From positions 62,001 to 126,000 of the forward strand of contig NMRA01000087.1 of the NCBI GenBank assembly GCA_002633005.1: a DNA stretch of 64,000 nucleotides, in the 5' to 3' direction. Below the pieces are notes generated by a model, which did not search any database, was not told the DNA's origin, and saw nothing but the letters and a program-made list of their open reading frames with translations. Positions 1 to 11,800 of this stretch are shown here, in pieces; positions within the stretch are counted from its first letter, which is position 1; every line of letters begins with the position of its first letter. The DNA is from Phoronis australis (taxonomy: Eukaryota; Animalia; Phoronida). The position numbers and the translations under genes are program-made.

Positions 1-1102
1 CAGTCCCCACTTTTAAAACTACAGGTGTTTGTTTACATTCCATGTTGAAGTCGCTGACTCATTTTCCGTTTATAGGCTTACTGTTCCTGAAAATTTGCCT
101 GAGCTCCAAATACAAGCTCTAAAGTTCACCATCAGATATTCCTGCTAGCTTCAATGGATATAGTCTTGGTGTCGGCAACCATGTTTTTACTTTCTGGTTA
201 CTGAACTGATTCATTCAAATTTTCTATTTTGTGCTGACATGAATTTTAATATTTTTGCTAATGTGACTAGCTGGTGTTGAGTGCTACTTTCTGAACAACT
301 GAGTGCAATATGTTGTTTTTCATTGTATAAGACTACTAAATATTAACGATCTTGTATTAAGAAAATTATTGTTGCTTAAAGCAGTTGAAAACGTCCACCT
401 TCCTCTCAAGAAACTAACTGCCGATTTAGACCACATACCTCTACAAAATTGGTCTCAAATTGCTTGTTACTATGATGAGAAGTGCCTTCTGGGTCTGCAA
501 AGAACTTTTTGCTCGTTATTCCTCGAGACCTGGTTATTAAGCAATTTAAATGATTATGGCCGAATCACAATCCATTTTCGCAGATCGCCCCTCTTGCACT
601 GCAGATTACTGATCAACTACAATGTGGACACACTAGTGTGATGTTTACATCGACGGCCAGTACTGCATTTGTCAGTAAGTGCCCTTATTTCACTCTTTAG
701 ACTCGCAATTATTCTCAAATTAGTATACTCTAGTCATAAATCAATATCAATGATATATTGGGTTTCCAACGTATAACAATCAGTCTCGATTTATGTACGT
801 TTTAATTTTTGGCCAAATTATTTGCAACAAGAGGGAAAAGGCGCGATCGAAGCACAATAACGGCGTTTCTGAACAAGACAAACATCATCCTCTGTCTAAC
901 TATAGTACCTCAGGATATTTGCCTAGCAACAAAACGTCATTTTTGCGTTGCACTGATAAAGTGCATGTTTTTTTTTGGAGTTGTATCATCCCAAACTTCT
1001 GTTGTCTTGGACTCCAGAGACGAGGCTGGTTTCAGATATTTTGGTACTTGACACTGACCAGACTTGCGCCAACTGTTCTTGTAATTTAAACGTTGACAGT
1101 CA

Positions 1103-1108
1103 AATAAA
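1103..1108 (+). terminator. Candidate poly(A) signal of an unidentified plus-strand gene ending in the first 1.1 kb
   Basis: AATAAA with a downstream T-rich tract. Positions 1..1100 are T-rich on + like a 3' UTR and contain no credible CDS. Confidence 0.35.
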
Positions 1109-1136
1109 AACCATACCAAGTTAACAAAATTACTCT

Positions 1137-1142
1137 TTTATT
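1137..1142 (-). terminator. Candidate distal EXT1 poly(A) signal AATAAA (implies a ~4.3-kb 3' UTR)
   Basis: tttatt on +. On the minus strand it is followed by a GU/U-rich tract (TTGGTATGGTTTTTATTTG), and strand composition switches near here. A more proximal AATAAA lies at 4667..4672. Confidence 0.45.
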
Positions 1143-3863
1143 TTAATAATTACATCATTTTGTTCAAAGCCGTACAATATAATACAACAACATTCTGTAC
1201 CAGTAACATTCACAGATCTCTCACACGTCAAAACAGCTCCCTAACAAAAACTAGACAAGACCAATTTTTGGTCAGATTGAAAAAAAAACTTCACAGCTTG
1301 AGTTCCAAGTGTTAAACTGAAAGGCACCATTTGAATGACTAGGTTTAACTTGCTCTCCCATTTTGAGACAAAATTTCTTGCTTTTCCAACAAGAATGGTT
1401 AAGCCATTAATGCAGAACTATTCATTCAGTAGAGTGTCATAGTTAAACACAATGCATGAGACAAGGCCAAAAAAGGCAAAGTTTGTTCTGGTCCTCGCCC
1501 CGAATCATTTCGAGACCTGCACTCGCTGATAAAAAATGTCCAACGTATCAATTTCGGCCAAGGTTTAGCATTTTCTTCTTGAAAAGCTGACAATAAGCAA
1601 TTTGAAATGCCATGATTTGCTGAGCGATTAAAAAACGAATCCCGCATTATTTTTGCTGGTCACCAGTGGATTGTCTTTTGGAAGAGCAACTAAAAACAAC
1701 ACTGCACCACGACTCATTTTCAGAGACCAGAGACAATTATGCTTTTTTGGCCAAACACCGTCATAGCCGTTTCATATGAAAAACACAAGATAAGAAAAGT
1801 GGGCTTCCTCCAATAGAAGACTTTCAAGTAAGAACATGGCAACTGATCATGTGAAAACGGATACTTGTGACCTCTGGAGGACGATGAGGCAACTTCTGAC
1901 TAAAATGCACTCCGTTTAATTACATACACTGTAAAATGGTCTTGTGTAGTCAAAGTGTTCCCTTATGCCCTGCAAAGCATTAGTACCTCTTGCTAAAGCC
2001 AGGTGGCGATAAGAGTCACCGGTCCCATGTGATCAGCCTACATTGCTTTCTGAAAGTCTCCCATCAAGAGACCAAGACAATACGCGACATACTTAGTTTG
2101 CCAAGGTCAAAAGACAGCATAACACTATATAAATAATAAATAACTAACTAGCCCTAAATTCAGCATTTGCATTCAATCTGACTGCACTGCAACCACTCTA
2201 CGAAAACATTCAGACCAAATAAATCTGCTTCTTCTTTAAAAAACAAACTTATGAATTAGGCCACTTACTGTTACAAATTCCGTCTCACCTTTCCCATTAC
2301 TCAGACTAGAGAATGATTTCTAGGCTTGAGAAGAGCCAAGATAGTGAATGCTTCAGACCACACACACTAAGTGACTACCATGGTGGGTTACCATGGTGGG
2401 TTAGCTGCAGTCACCGTGACAATGCGGTCACCAGGCAATTTTTGAAACTCATTTGAATTCAAACACAAAGTCCAAGTCCAGGACAATGTTGCTTTAGTAG
2501 AGATAACATGCTTGAGAGCTGTTGTTTTGTAACACCAGAACATGGTTAACAGTGGTGATGTGTTCAGTCATCTTAAAAATGTGGTCTCTGGGTCATGTTC
2601 AGGGGCGGAACCGTCGTTTGGTTTTCTAAAACAGCATTCTTTAAGAAGATAAGACCATGGTCTGAGTGCAGTCCACAGCTTCCTTCAACAGGGAAGTTTC
2701 AAACCTGCTAACTTGTTTTCTTCCGTTTTGAAGGTTTCAATTTCAGCTTGAATTAGTTAATGCTGTGTTGACACTAACAAGACAGGTATCATTTACAGGA
2801 AAAAATGCACCTAGTCATTCCGTTCCACCAAGAGGTCCCATTTCTGTATGGCTTTGTGGTTTTCATAAGCTTATGTGATTCAGCCACTAGAGGCAGTGGT
2901 GTAAAAGTGAAGGACTCAATAGAAACTAAAAAATGGCTCATGGTGGGGCTCATAATCTTTGGTAAAATAAATCCCTATAATCAGCTTTTACAACAACAGG
3001 TCAGTTCACAAAATGACTACTTTGGTAGAGACGACTATTAACATGAAACCCTTATGATTGTGACGGTAAAAATAACTGAAAAAATCTCTCCTGAATATTT
3101 ATACAGCCAAGCCTGTTTTTATACTGAACCCTTGCAAGGCATAATTCTCACACTATACACGTATTACAATGTCATGCATGGTGGGTTGGAAGCCCAATAA
3201 ATAAAGACAATGTATAACAAATTAAATGCACAAATACACTATCCACCGAGGGAAAAATTTTCAAAAACGTAAAATGCTGACGTGAACTTGTATGAAATAT
3301 AATTCCAGTGCATATTCTTTTATAGCAGTAAGATTTCTTCAGCATGACAAAAATATGTTCCACCTAACGTGAATATGAGAATTTTTAAAAATGTGACTAA
3401 TATCACAAAACAAACCACATTGAATGCAGTTTCATGGACTGTTTGATTTGTCGAACTTATTCGAGTGGGCTGTGCAGACTAGATCAACTAAAATACTGGG
3501 AGTGTAAATACTACAAACGTTATACGTGACTACTAAGACATAGAAACATGAACGATCAAGCACAGATTATCCGCACATCCATTGACATACATAATTCAAT
3601 GTTTACAAGACAGTTGCAAAATAGCACCAACAAAAAAGCTAGTATTCTGAAAAGGCTACGCAAAGCATTTCTATTTTTTTGTTGAAATGAGAAATGGGAA
3701 TATTTCTAAATAGCAAGCAGTAGAACCACAGGCCATCGAGGAACAGCACGTGCAGATGTAACCTCACAAGTGTTAAAGTTCAATCCCAAACAGGTGTGAT
3801 CGAAGCAACCAATGGGTCTCCTTCTTGGTGAGTCATTGATCAATAATCTTAAGGCAAAAAGTA

Positions 3864-3973
3864 GGTAATAGTTACTCTCAGAGGTCACGGATTGTGAGAA
3901 CCAGTTTGATGTCCAGTATTCAGTGGAGAACACTGGTTCTCAAAATGCAGGACTCATGTAAGTGACAATTGTC
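3864..3973. mobile_element. 110-bp hairpin MITE copy in the putative EXT1 3' UTR
   Basis: Core TGAGAACCAGTTTGATG..ATTCAGTGGAGAACACTGGTTCTCAAAAT. Flanks AAAAAGTA / AAAAGGGA (6/8 match). Confidence 0.65.
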
Positions 3974-5449
3974 AAAAGGGAATAACCAATGCATTTGATA
4001 GACTAGTTAGCACTAACGAACTAAAGAGATCCAATATCAAATACGGATTATTGAGTAACGTTAAAATCTCGCTGAAAAGTGAAAAACTTAACATCTTCCT
4101 ATCAGGTATCATCAAATAAACCGTCAATTAAAGGTCGCTATTCGTTGGGATACAATTAAACAAAACCAAGTACAAAACAAATGCTAAATGATGGATAAGA
4201 GCAAATGCTTCTGGCAAATCTATATACACAGTGACACTCAAAACATTTTTGTTCCCTTAACAATTCACACCGCTACTACACTTTCTGTGATCTGTGGCAA
4301 CATTAAAGCAGACGCCATATTGAAAATTTGTCAAAAAGATTGTAAAAGCAGGTTTACTGACTAGAACTTCCACAGGCTTCTAGATGAACAACAGTACAAA
4401 ACAATATCAAAACGTGTTGTTGTGACACACACTATTCACCGTCAGTATACAATTAGCAAATTGGACACTAACTTGTGCAAACATTTTCACCAAGTGATCG
4501 TTCAACTCGATGCTGGATAGGGTTTGATCACACCAATTTTTCAGAATCATAAATACAGCTTGGTGTCTTTGTCAAGCTATTCCCAGTAGACAGACCATGA
4601 ACACGTGAGGCTGAGACACACATAAAACCTGCATCAGCATTTTTAGGTAACAGCTTGGTGTGAGATTTTATTTATCTCTGCACACTTTTGGAAGTACCAG
4701 CAGACACACTACTACAAGCATATCCTTTTTGTAAATAACATATAAACGGCACCAACAGTAGTTGTGAAGAGGTCCTGGCATTAACCTTGCACGTTTATCA
4801 CTGACTTCAAAATAGTTAACTGTTGAAATGGCAGTTGCAACTGCCATAAAAACGATCAATACACAACTTGAAACTGTTAGCGTGAATGACTTTTAATTAG
4901 CTTGTCAGACAGATAAAAAGGTTGGCATATAAACACAGTATAAAATGTGCCTACATCAATCTCATATCACATTGAGATATTTCTAGAACCCAATCTTGAA
5001 AATCTGGTTTTAAGTACAGACACCAAATCACGTGTAAACATGAGCAATCGATTAACGGATATCACAAACAAGGTCGCTCGCACTGTTGCGACCCGCACTT
5101 CACCACATGTACATGGCAAGCTAGACTCCTGACTACGTACAACTGCATTATATCATTGCATGACCCAAACACAGTTGCTTCACTGTTGCTGTCTGCACGT
5201 CACTATTCACTGACTGCAAGCTTTACTCGCGACTATGGACAACTCCATTTGATCATCACGTGCTGCAAAAATGACCACTGCACTGACGCGACCGTGCATA
5301 CTGTTGGCTCAATTATAACAGCAGACAACGGAAACCGACAACCAAACATCACAAACATGACCAGTACAGAATAACATGAGCGCCACAAAAACATGGCCAC
5401 CGCATCAGCTGCTGCTCCACTAGACTAGACTCTGTGGAGTTTGTTGTCG

Positions 5450-5813
5450 TCATAGCACCTTCTCCAGAGTCTTGTATTTTTTCCGCACGATCGACACGGG
5501 GTCCTTGTACAACGAGGGATCCAGACGCATCTTTGAACGTTTCAGTGGCATGTAGCCAAAGGCCGTCACCAACGTGTTCATGCAGACTTGTCGCTGCAGG
5601 AAGTGATCCGCCTCCAACCACTGTGACGAGTGCGGCGCTGCTCCTGGCAACATGGAGTCCTTGTACTGCCGCCTCTGTGTCACCTTGACAGGTGGTCGCT
5701 GGGTGATATGGCTGACCAGAAAGTTCATGAGAATGTCTTCGCAGTTCTGCAACTGGTCGATCGTTTCTCGCAGTGAGTTGCGCAGCATGTGTGTGTAAGC
5801 ATACGCGTAATAT
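5450..5813 (-). CDS. EXT1: EXT1 coding exon 9, terminal (364 nt including TGA)
   Basis: ttgttttgcag|A TAT TAC GCG ... encodes [10 protein letters not shown]...[30 protein letters not shown]...[10 protein letters not shown]...FGYMPL...[25 protein letters not shown]. Confidence 0.97.
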
Positions 5814-8800
5814 CTGCAAAACAAGAAACGAGTTAATAAAATTAAAAGGACATGACCTTAAAAGTGCATGATACACAACTATTGACGGGACAAAACCCAG
5901 CATCAATAGGGACGTCCTGGATTACACAGTGACACTCCAATCTCGCTGTATTTACTCAAAATGCCATAAACATCCGTCAGACATATTTGCTGCCGTGTTT
6001 TCGTGCCACTGGAGTTTCACGTTATTAGTTTTTGTGTGATTCTTTACAAGTTTTTCTTAGTAGCATTACTCTATTTGTCCTTCTGATACCAACGAAGAAT
6101 TACTGCTGCGCTGTGGGCTGCAACTCCGACATAAGAAATTTTGATAAACTGGACAAATACCTGTGGCTGCGAGATCTGAAATCTTCAACTTCCCGAAATC
6201 AATGAAAGACACTAAAATGTGCCCAATTTCCAAAACGATGTCACGCGCTTTCTTATCCCTGAGATAAATGAGAGTTCTAACTCCATGCAATCCGGGATGG
6301 TCCTACTGAGCTTCACATGCCGGACAACACAAAGCTTATTAACTTTTAAAAGCCTCCAAAAGCCCTACCAATCCAAGACTGCTTGATATTCCCAAACATA
6401 TCTAACTATTGTACGATTAGGTGGATATGCATGAGAGATTGATAGTCTGTTACACAAAAATGGCACCCCTGTGATGCAATGGCTACTGGCCAAAAACGTC
6501 TGCTACAAACAGGTTGTAATGCTACTTTGTAGGATGTGGAAAAGAATCCTTTGACATGCACCAACACTCATAATTGAAACTGTTCCTTTATGTGCACCAA
6601 CGGGAAGTAAAAAGGCATAACTCATTAGCTTCAGAGGTCAGAAGGGAGACACTCATCTGCTTGGGGGAGGGGTAATGTCACCAGTCACCTTAACTTTGTA
6701 TAAAAAGACAAGCTGCAAAACACCATCTTTTCTGGTTTACCTGTGAATGAATGCAGCACCTGTCAGTACCATGGAGTAGTCGTTGGTCCACTTTGACGTG
6801 TAGCCCCACTGACTACGGGCATCGTCCCAGAAATGATTGCGTGGTGGATAACCGACGATACGGTCTGGGAACGACTGCCACACGCTGAAGGCAAAATTGA
6901 TCTGCAATATTCAAAATAATCAATGGTGAGGTCACTACACATAATGAGACTGCGAGCCGATTCATATTATGACCAGGACTGAGTTGCATAAAGCTTCAAA
7001 AGTTATCCGCTGGATAAGTTTGATTGTTGCATGACGTCACGTGCATTGTTCAACAATAACAACGTGAGGCGTGATAATGCGACGTCATTGTTGCTATACG
7101 GCGTATAACTTTTATGCAACTGGGCCCAGGTGTACATTTCTAAACAAATCCGGTTCTGACTTCAGGAGAGAGCTGAAAGTCGGGGATATGTTTTTGAACA
7201 GCCACCTTTGGAAAACTCATAATTACTTCTGCCTTCAGTCAAAACGTGTAAGCAAGATTTGGAACTACTCACTAAAGCTGTTTTTACATAGAGAATGGTT
7301 GTCATGGTTGCGAGTTGTCACGGCACGACATGCTCCACATAACATTAGATCGCAAAGTGGATCAGAATTAGTCATTTACACAAAGACTGTTTGCGCATGC
7401 TTGCATAAACAACAGTGGAAGTCCAAAACACGTGGAATGCAAGCATAACAGAGATGAACCTTTCCTCCCTGCCCCAGTTTGTGTTTAGACGTGTACTTGA
7501 AATAGGAGCAACTGATTGAGTGTAACTTGCTCCACCTCTCAAACCGGTCTCAAAAATAGTCGCCGTAGTGTCAACTTGCTCCGTGTCAGTCGTGTTTACA
7601 CTCACACTTGCGCTCGATCAGCTGTTCAGTGTTAGTCGCTCCGTGACAACTCTCTCTCTCTCTCTCGCATGTAAAAGTGGCTTAACTGGGGTCCTAGATT
7701 TTGATAACCAGTTTGATGCCTCATATCAGTGGAATAAACAAGTTCTCAGGAAAGCAGAGTTCTGTCGGTAAATATTACCCAAGATTTGGCATTATCCATG
7801 TTTAATCAAAGGTTTATCCTCCTCAGTGTGAAGGCTCAGTGTGATATTAGGGGACCAACATGTCTAATGATCTTATTATAGACAAATCCACTGAATACTT
7901 AATAACCTAGGTCTATCTCTCAATACAAGCCTGAAGGCTAAATAACTACCTCAGTCAATAACCATGTGGTTATTCCCCATAGGAGATAATGATTTGGAGG
8001 GAAAATATGAAGGGCATGCTGAGATATTCTAAAGGAAACGCTCACCTGTATGGTTTAATCCATTGTGCTACACAGGGACATGAGCAATGTCCAGCACAAT
8101 GAAAGTTGAACATTCTCATTTTGTTTTGTGAGATTTGTAGAGTTTAATGCTCAAAAGGGAGGGATAAAAAGTGCCCCAGGGGTGACAATTCCTCCAAATC
8201 TCACTGGGGATCTAGGACAACGACCACTCAACAAAGAAACAGTATCAGACCACACTCACTACTGTATACAATTGGAGCTAATTACATTGAACTCTTTACA
8301 AGGACACCATGACCTTGACAAAGTAATGACACGTTAAATTTGAAGTCACTACAACAATCCCTATAGATATTTGTGAAGTACAATATAAACAAAACTGAGT
8401 AAATTGTTATGTCTAATTTTCCGGAAATGCAAACTGCAATATTAATATTTCAATCGGGTGTTATGACTGAATTGTACCGTTTGGGTGACCAGATGTCAAG
8501 TGGCAATTTCCCTGCTCTACCAACTGCCATGGTAACATATCATTAGTAAACTTCAAATTAAAAAGTGAAAATAGACATAAAGTATTATCACCACTAGACA
8601 CAGTGCTGGTTGTGCAGAAAGTCAACTATGAGCAACTCTGTTATCAAGACACATGCAGGTACTCTTGTGAGGGACCCAGAGTTGAACAAACAATAATTAA
8701 ATATAAAAATTCTCTTTAACTGAAGGCAGACCTGCCAGTTAAAGGCATTGTCCCGCTATCAGGCTGTGAATCATAGCCAGCTGTTGCTACGGTAGTTGTG

Positions 8801-11800
8801 AAACTCGTTGTTGTTGACAGACCTATAGGCTACAATGTACAATCAGTGTGCAGAGACTGTTAGAGTCATTAAGACACTTTGAATACTTCATGCACGGCCA
8901 TAAAGAGAATAACAGTTTCAAATGCCAAAAATACCTTCAAAATTCAACAGGAAAAATGTCCGGAATACAACACGTAATACTAATAGGAGAGATTTTTGTT
9001 TCATTTTCAAATGTGAGAACAAAACGTAAACATTGTTTCGCTACTTGACGAACACTGAATGTCAGCTTCCGCATATTAAGTGTCAAGTATCCGTTCCACA
9101 AACCTCGTCAGTTGTCAGTAAGACATCTTCATCTAAGCTGAGGATAGCATCGGTGGTGATGAAGTCGTCCGGTGAAAACCTGGCACTGATTGTCTGGAAA
9201 AGAAACAACTGAGGTTGAGGAGAACATTGGCTGCAAAGAGGTCCGGCACGCATTGTCGTGAAGCAACGACATTTCACGAGAATTTCTTCTGCAGCGATGC
9301 TGTCATTTTTCAAATGCGTTATGGGACAGCTGTTGGCTCACAAAGGTTCGGTGACATCACAGATAACTCGTGGAAAAGTAACTGGATTCATAATTTGCGT
9401 TTTAGGTGGTGAGATTAGACCTCAGTGTGATCGAATGTCCTCAAGAATGCCTCAGGCAACCTGTGTACTTCTTTGATGCATTTTGTGGCTTTTATCGATC
9501 TTTTATTAGTCTGTAAATGTTACTTCATCATACTTGCACCAAAATGCATGTTGCCGTGGACCCGAGGTTTCAATTCTGATGCGCACAAGTGACAACAGTT
9601 GTTATCCATCAGACCACGGACACGTCGTAAAGTGATCTGTGAAGTCAACAGATGTTTACCAATCAACAATCATCCCAGAATGCATTAAAAAACATCAGCA
9701 GAAGCATAGAAGAAATTACCACTGCCAACCAGTGGATGAGGAAAGCAACAAACAAAACTCCCAAGGTGTAAGTCTATTCGTCACAACTGATACTTTATTA
9801 AGGACTTATTTCTTAAGTATGCATCATGCTATTTCAGCCTCATATCCTTTTTTCAGAATAAACCGAATTAAGCAAGGAATTTCCATTTTTTCCAATTTCC
9901 AGTGAACTAATGACAAAATGGCTCCGAAAGTTGAATAACACCGAAGCTCTATTTTTACTGCACTAAAACCAACTGATAGCACATTCATGCAAAGATGTTA
10001 CTTCCGAAGTGTTCCTATTTTTACGATATCTTTCGCTAGGTAACTCTCATTTTATGTCCAGAACTGGCAAAAATACAGGAAAGGATATCTTTAAATGGAT
10101 TCATGTTTGTACTGTTGTTAACCGCAGTCAGCGTGAATCAAATACCAGGAACTGGCCACCGCATAACCTCAAACAACACTTACCATAGACTCACTCTGCT
10201 TGACTAGTATTGGTACTTTACTATCCACAGGCCACTTGTGCTTGCCTGGAGGTGGCGCTTCACTCTGCCAAATGATTAATATCTGTAACAGGAAGTCACA
10301 TTATGCAATTTAAGTTGCAAACAACTACACTGGTGTTCATCAACACTTGACACTATTCATCAACATTGACGCTGACTAGAAGGGTTATGTAGGTCCTTAT
10401 GACTAGCCAAATATCTACAACACTACAGACGCTAACTCTGTTAAAGTATGCCTTTTCTGAAAGTAGAAAGCTTGTAAAATCTCATTTATGACTTTTTACA
10501 TATCCTTCATTACAACAAAACAGCAGCATCTATAACATGATCAAATTCATTCAATAGAAATGTTCAAGGTGAAATCTCAAAAATGCTGTTACGGTTTTCT
10601 GAATTATTTTGTTTATGCTTTGTGTTTTTTCATAAAATCAGATATAAGTACTATTTTGATAGCTCCTCGTGCAAACGTGGAACATTTTAAAAATCAATCC
10701 TAATAGTGTTTTGTAGAACAGTGCATAAGGCGTGATATCTGACATATTCGCACGAATACGATCAGCCATTTCTGAGATGTGATGCTTTGAAGCTTGCCAA
10801 GAGTGCGACATAATCTTAACATCTGCAACAGGAAGTAATATATTATAACTTGTCTTTCAGTGACACAATGATTAATAACTGATACCTGCGTAACAGGAGG
10901 TGTGTCATTTAACTAATAACACAAAAAGTATGCGTTCTATACAGCAATGTCAAGAAAACTGACGTGAGTTGCAGGATTGCAGTGAGAAAAAGAGACTACA
11001 CAAATTTTGGAAGTTTCAGCAATGTGCAAACCAGATGAGAGCGGATAAAAAGGAAATAGTTTTTCTCGAATTTACTACACATTTCCAATTATTTTTGTAC
11101 CAGTTGAAGCACCGTATCAGCATGTTCTCTACAACAAAAAAAAAATTGTTGGAAGCGCATCAACGCCAACAAATGTGTTCTCTGCAGTGCAAATGTACTT
11201 ACAGTTGTACTGTTTTAAGTGCATATTTACCCGCCTTGTTATCCACTAATTGGTCTTTAATCAGTTTTGATTGGCTTAAGCCAGTTGATGGTAAGTCCAT
11301 AATTTCAAGTAATAAAGATGTAGTTTGAAATGGCAATGCCCGGTGTCCAAACTAGTCACTGTTTTTTTAAACTGGTCCCTACTTTTTCAAACTGGTCCCT
11401 ATTTTTTCAAACTGGTCCCTATTTTTTCAAACTGGTCACTATTTTTCCAAACTTGTTCCTTTTTCCCCAAACTTGTTCCTATTTTCCCAAACTTGTTCCT
11501 ATTTTCCCAAACTTGTTCCTATTTTTTCAAACTTGTTCCTATTTTTCAAACTGGTCCCTAATTTTTCAAACTTGTTTCTATTTTCCCAAACTTGTTCCTA
11601 TTTTTCAAACTGGTCCCTATTTTTTCAAACTTGTTCCTATTTTACCAAACAGGCTGCTGGCCTTTCAAACGTGCCACAAGTGCTAACGAACAGGTTGTGG
11701 GCGCCACTGCTGGGTATGCTAAGACAAATGGTTTAGCCAGTAACAACACCCAAATGTCGCCTTTTGGTGTCTTGGGTATCTTTCTTGGCTTTGTCTATTT

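Noticed and set aside
303-1119. Short ORFs at the window start as the end of a plus-strand gene
   Set aside because: No recognisable protein and no convincing exon boundaries; the region looks like UTR or intergenic DNA.
5349-5906. 185-aa minus-strand ORF and 84-aa plus-strand ORF
   Set aside because: Alternative-frame and antisense shadows of the GC-richer EXT1 terminal exon; no recognisable domain.
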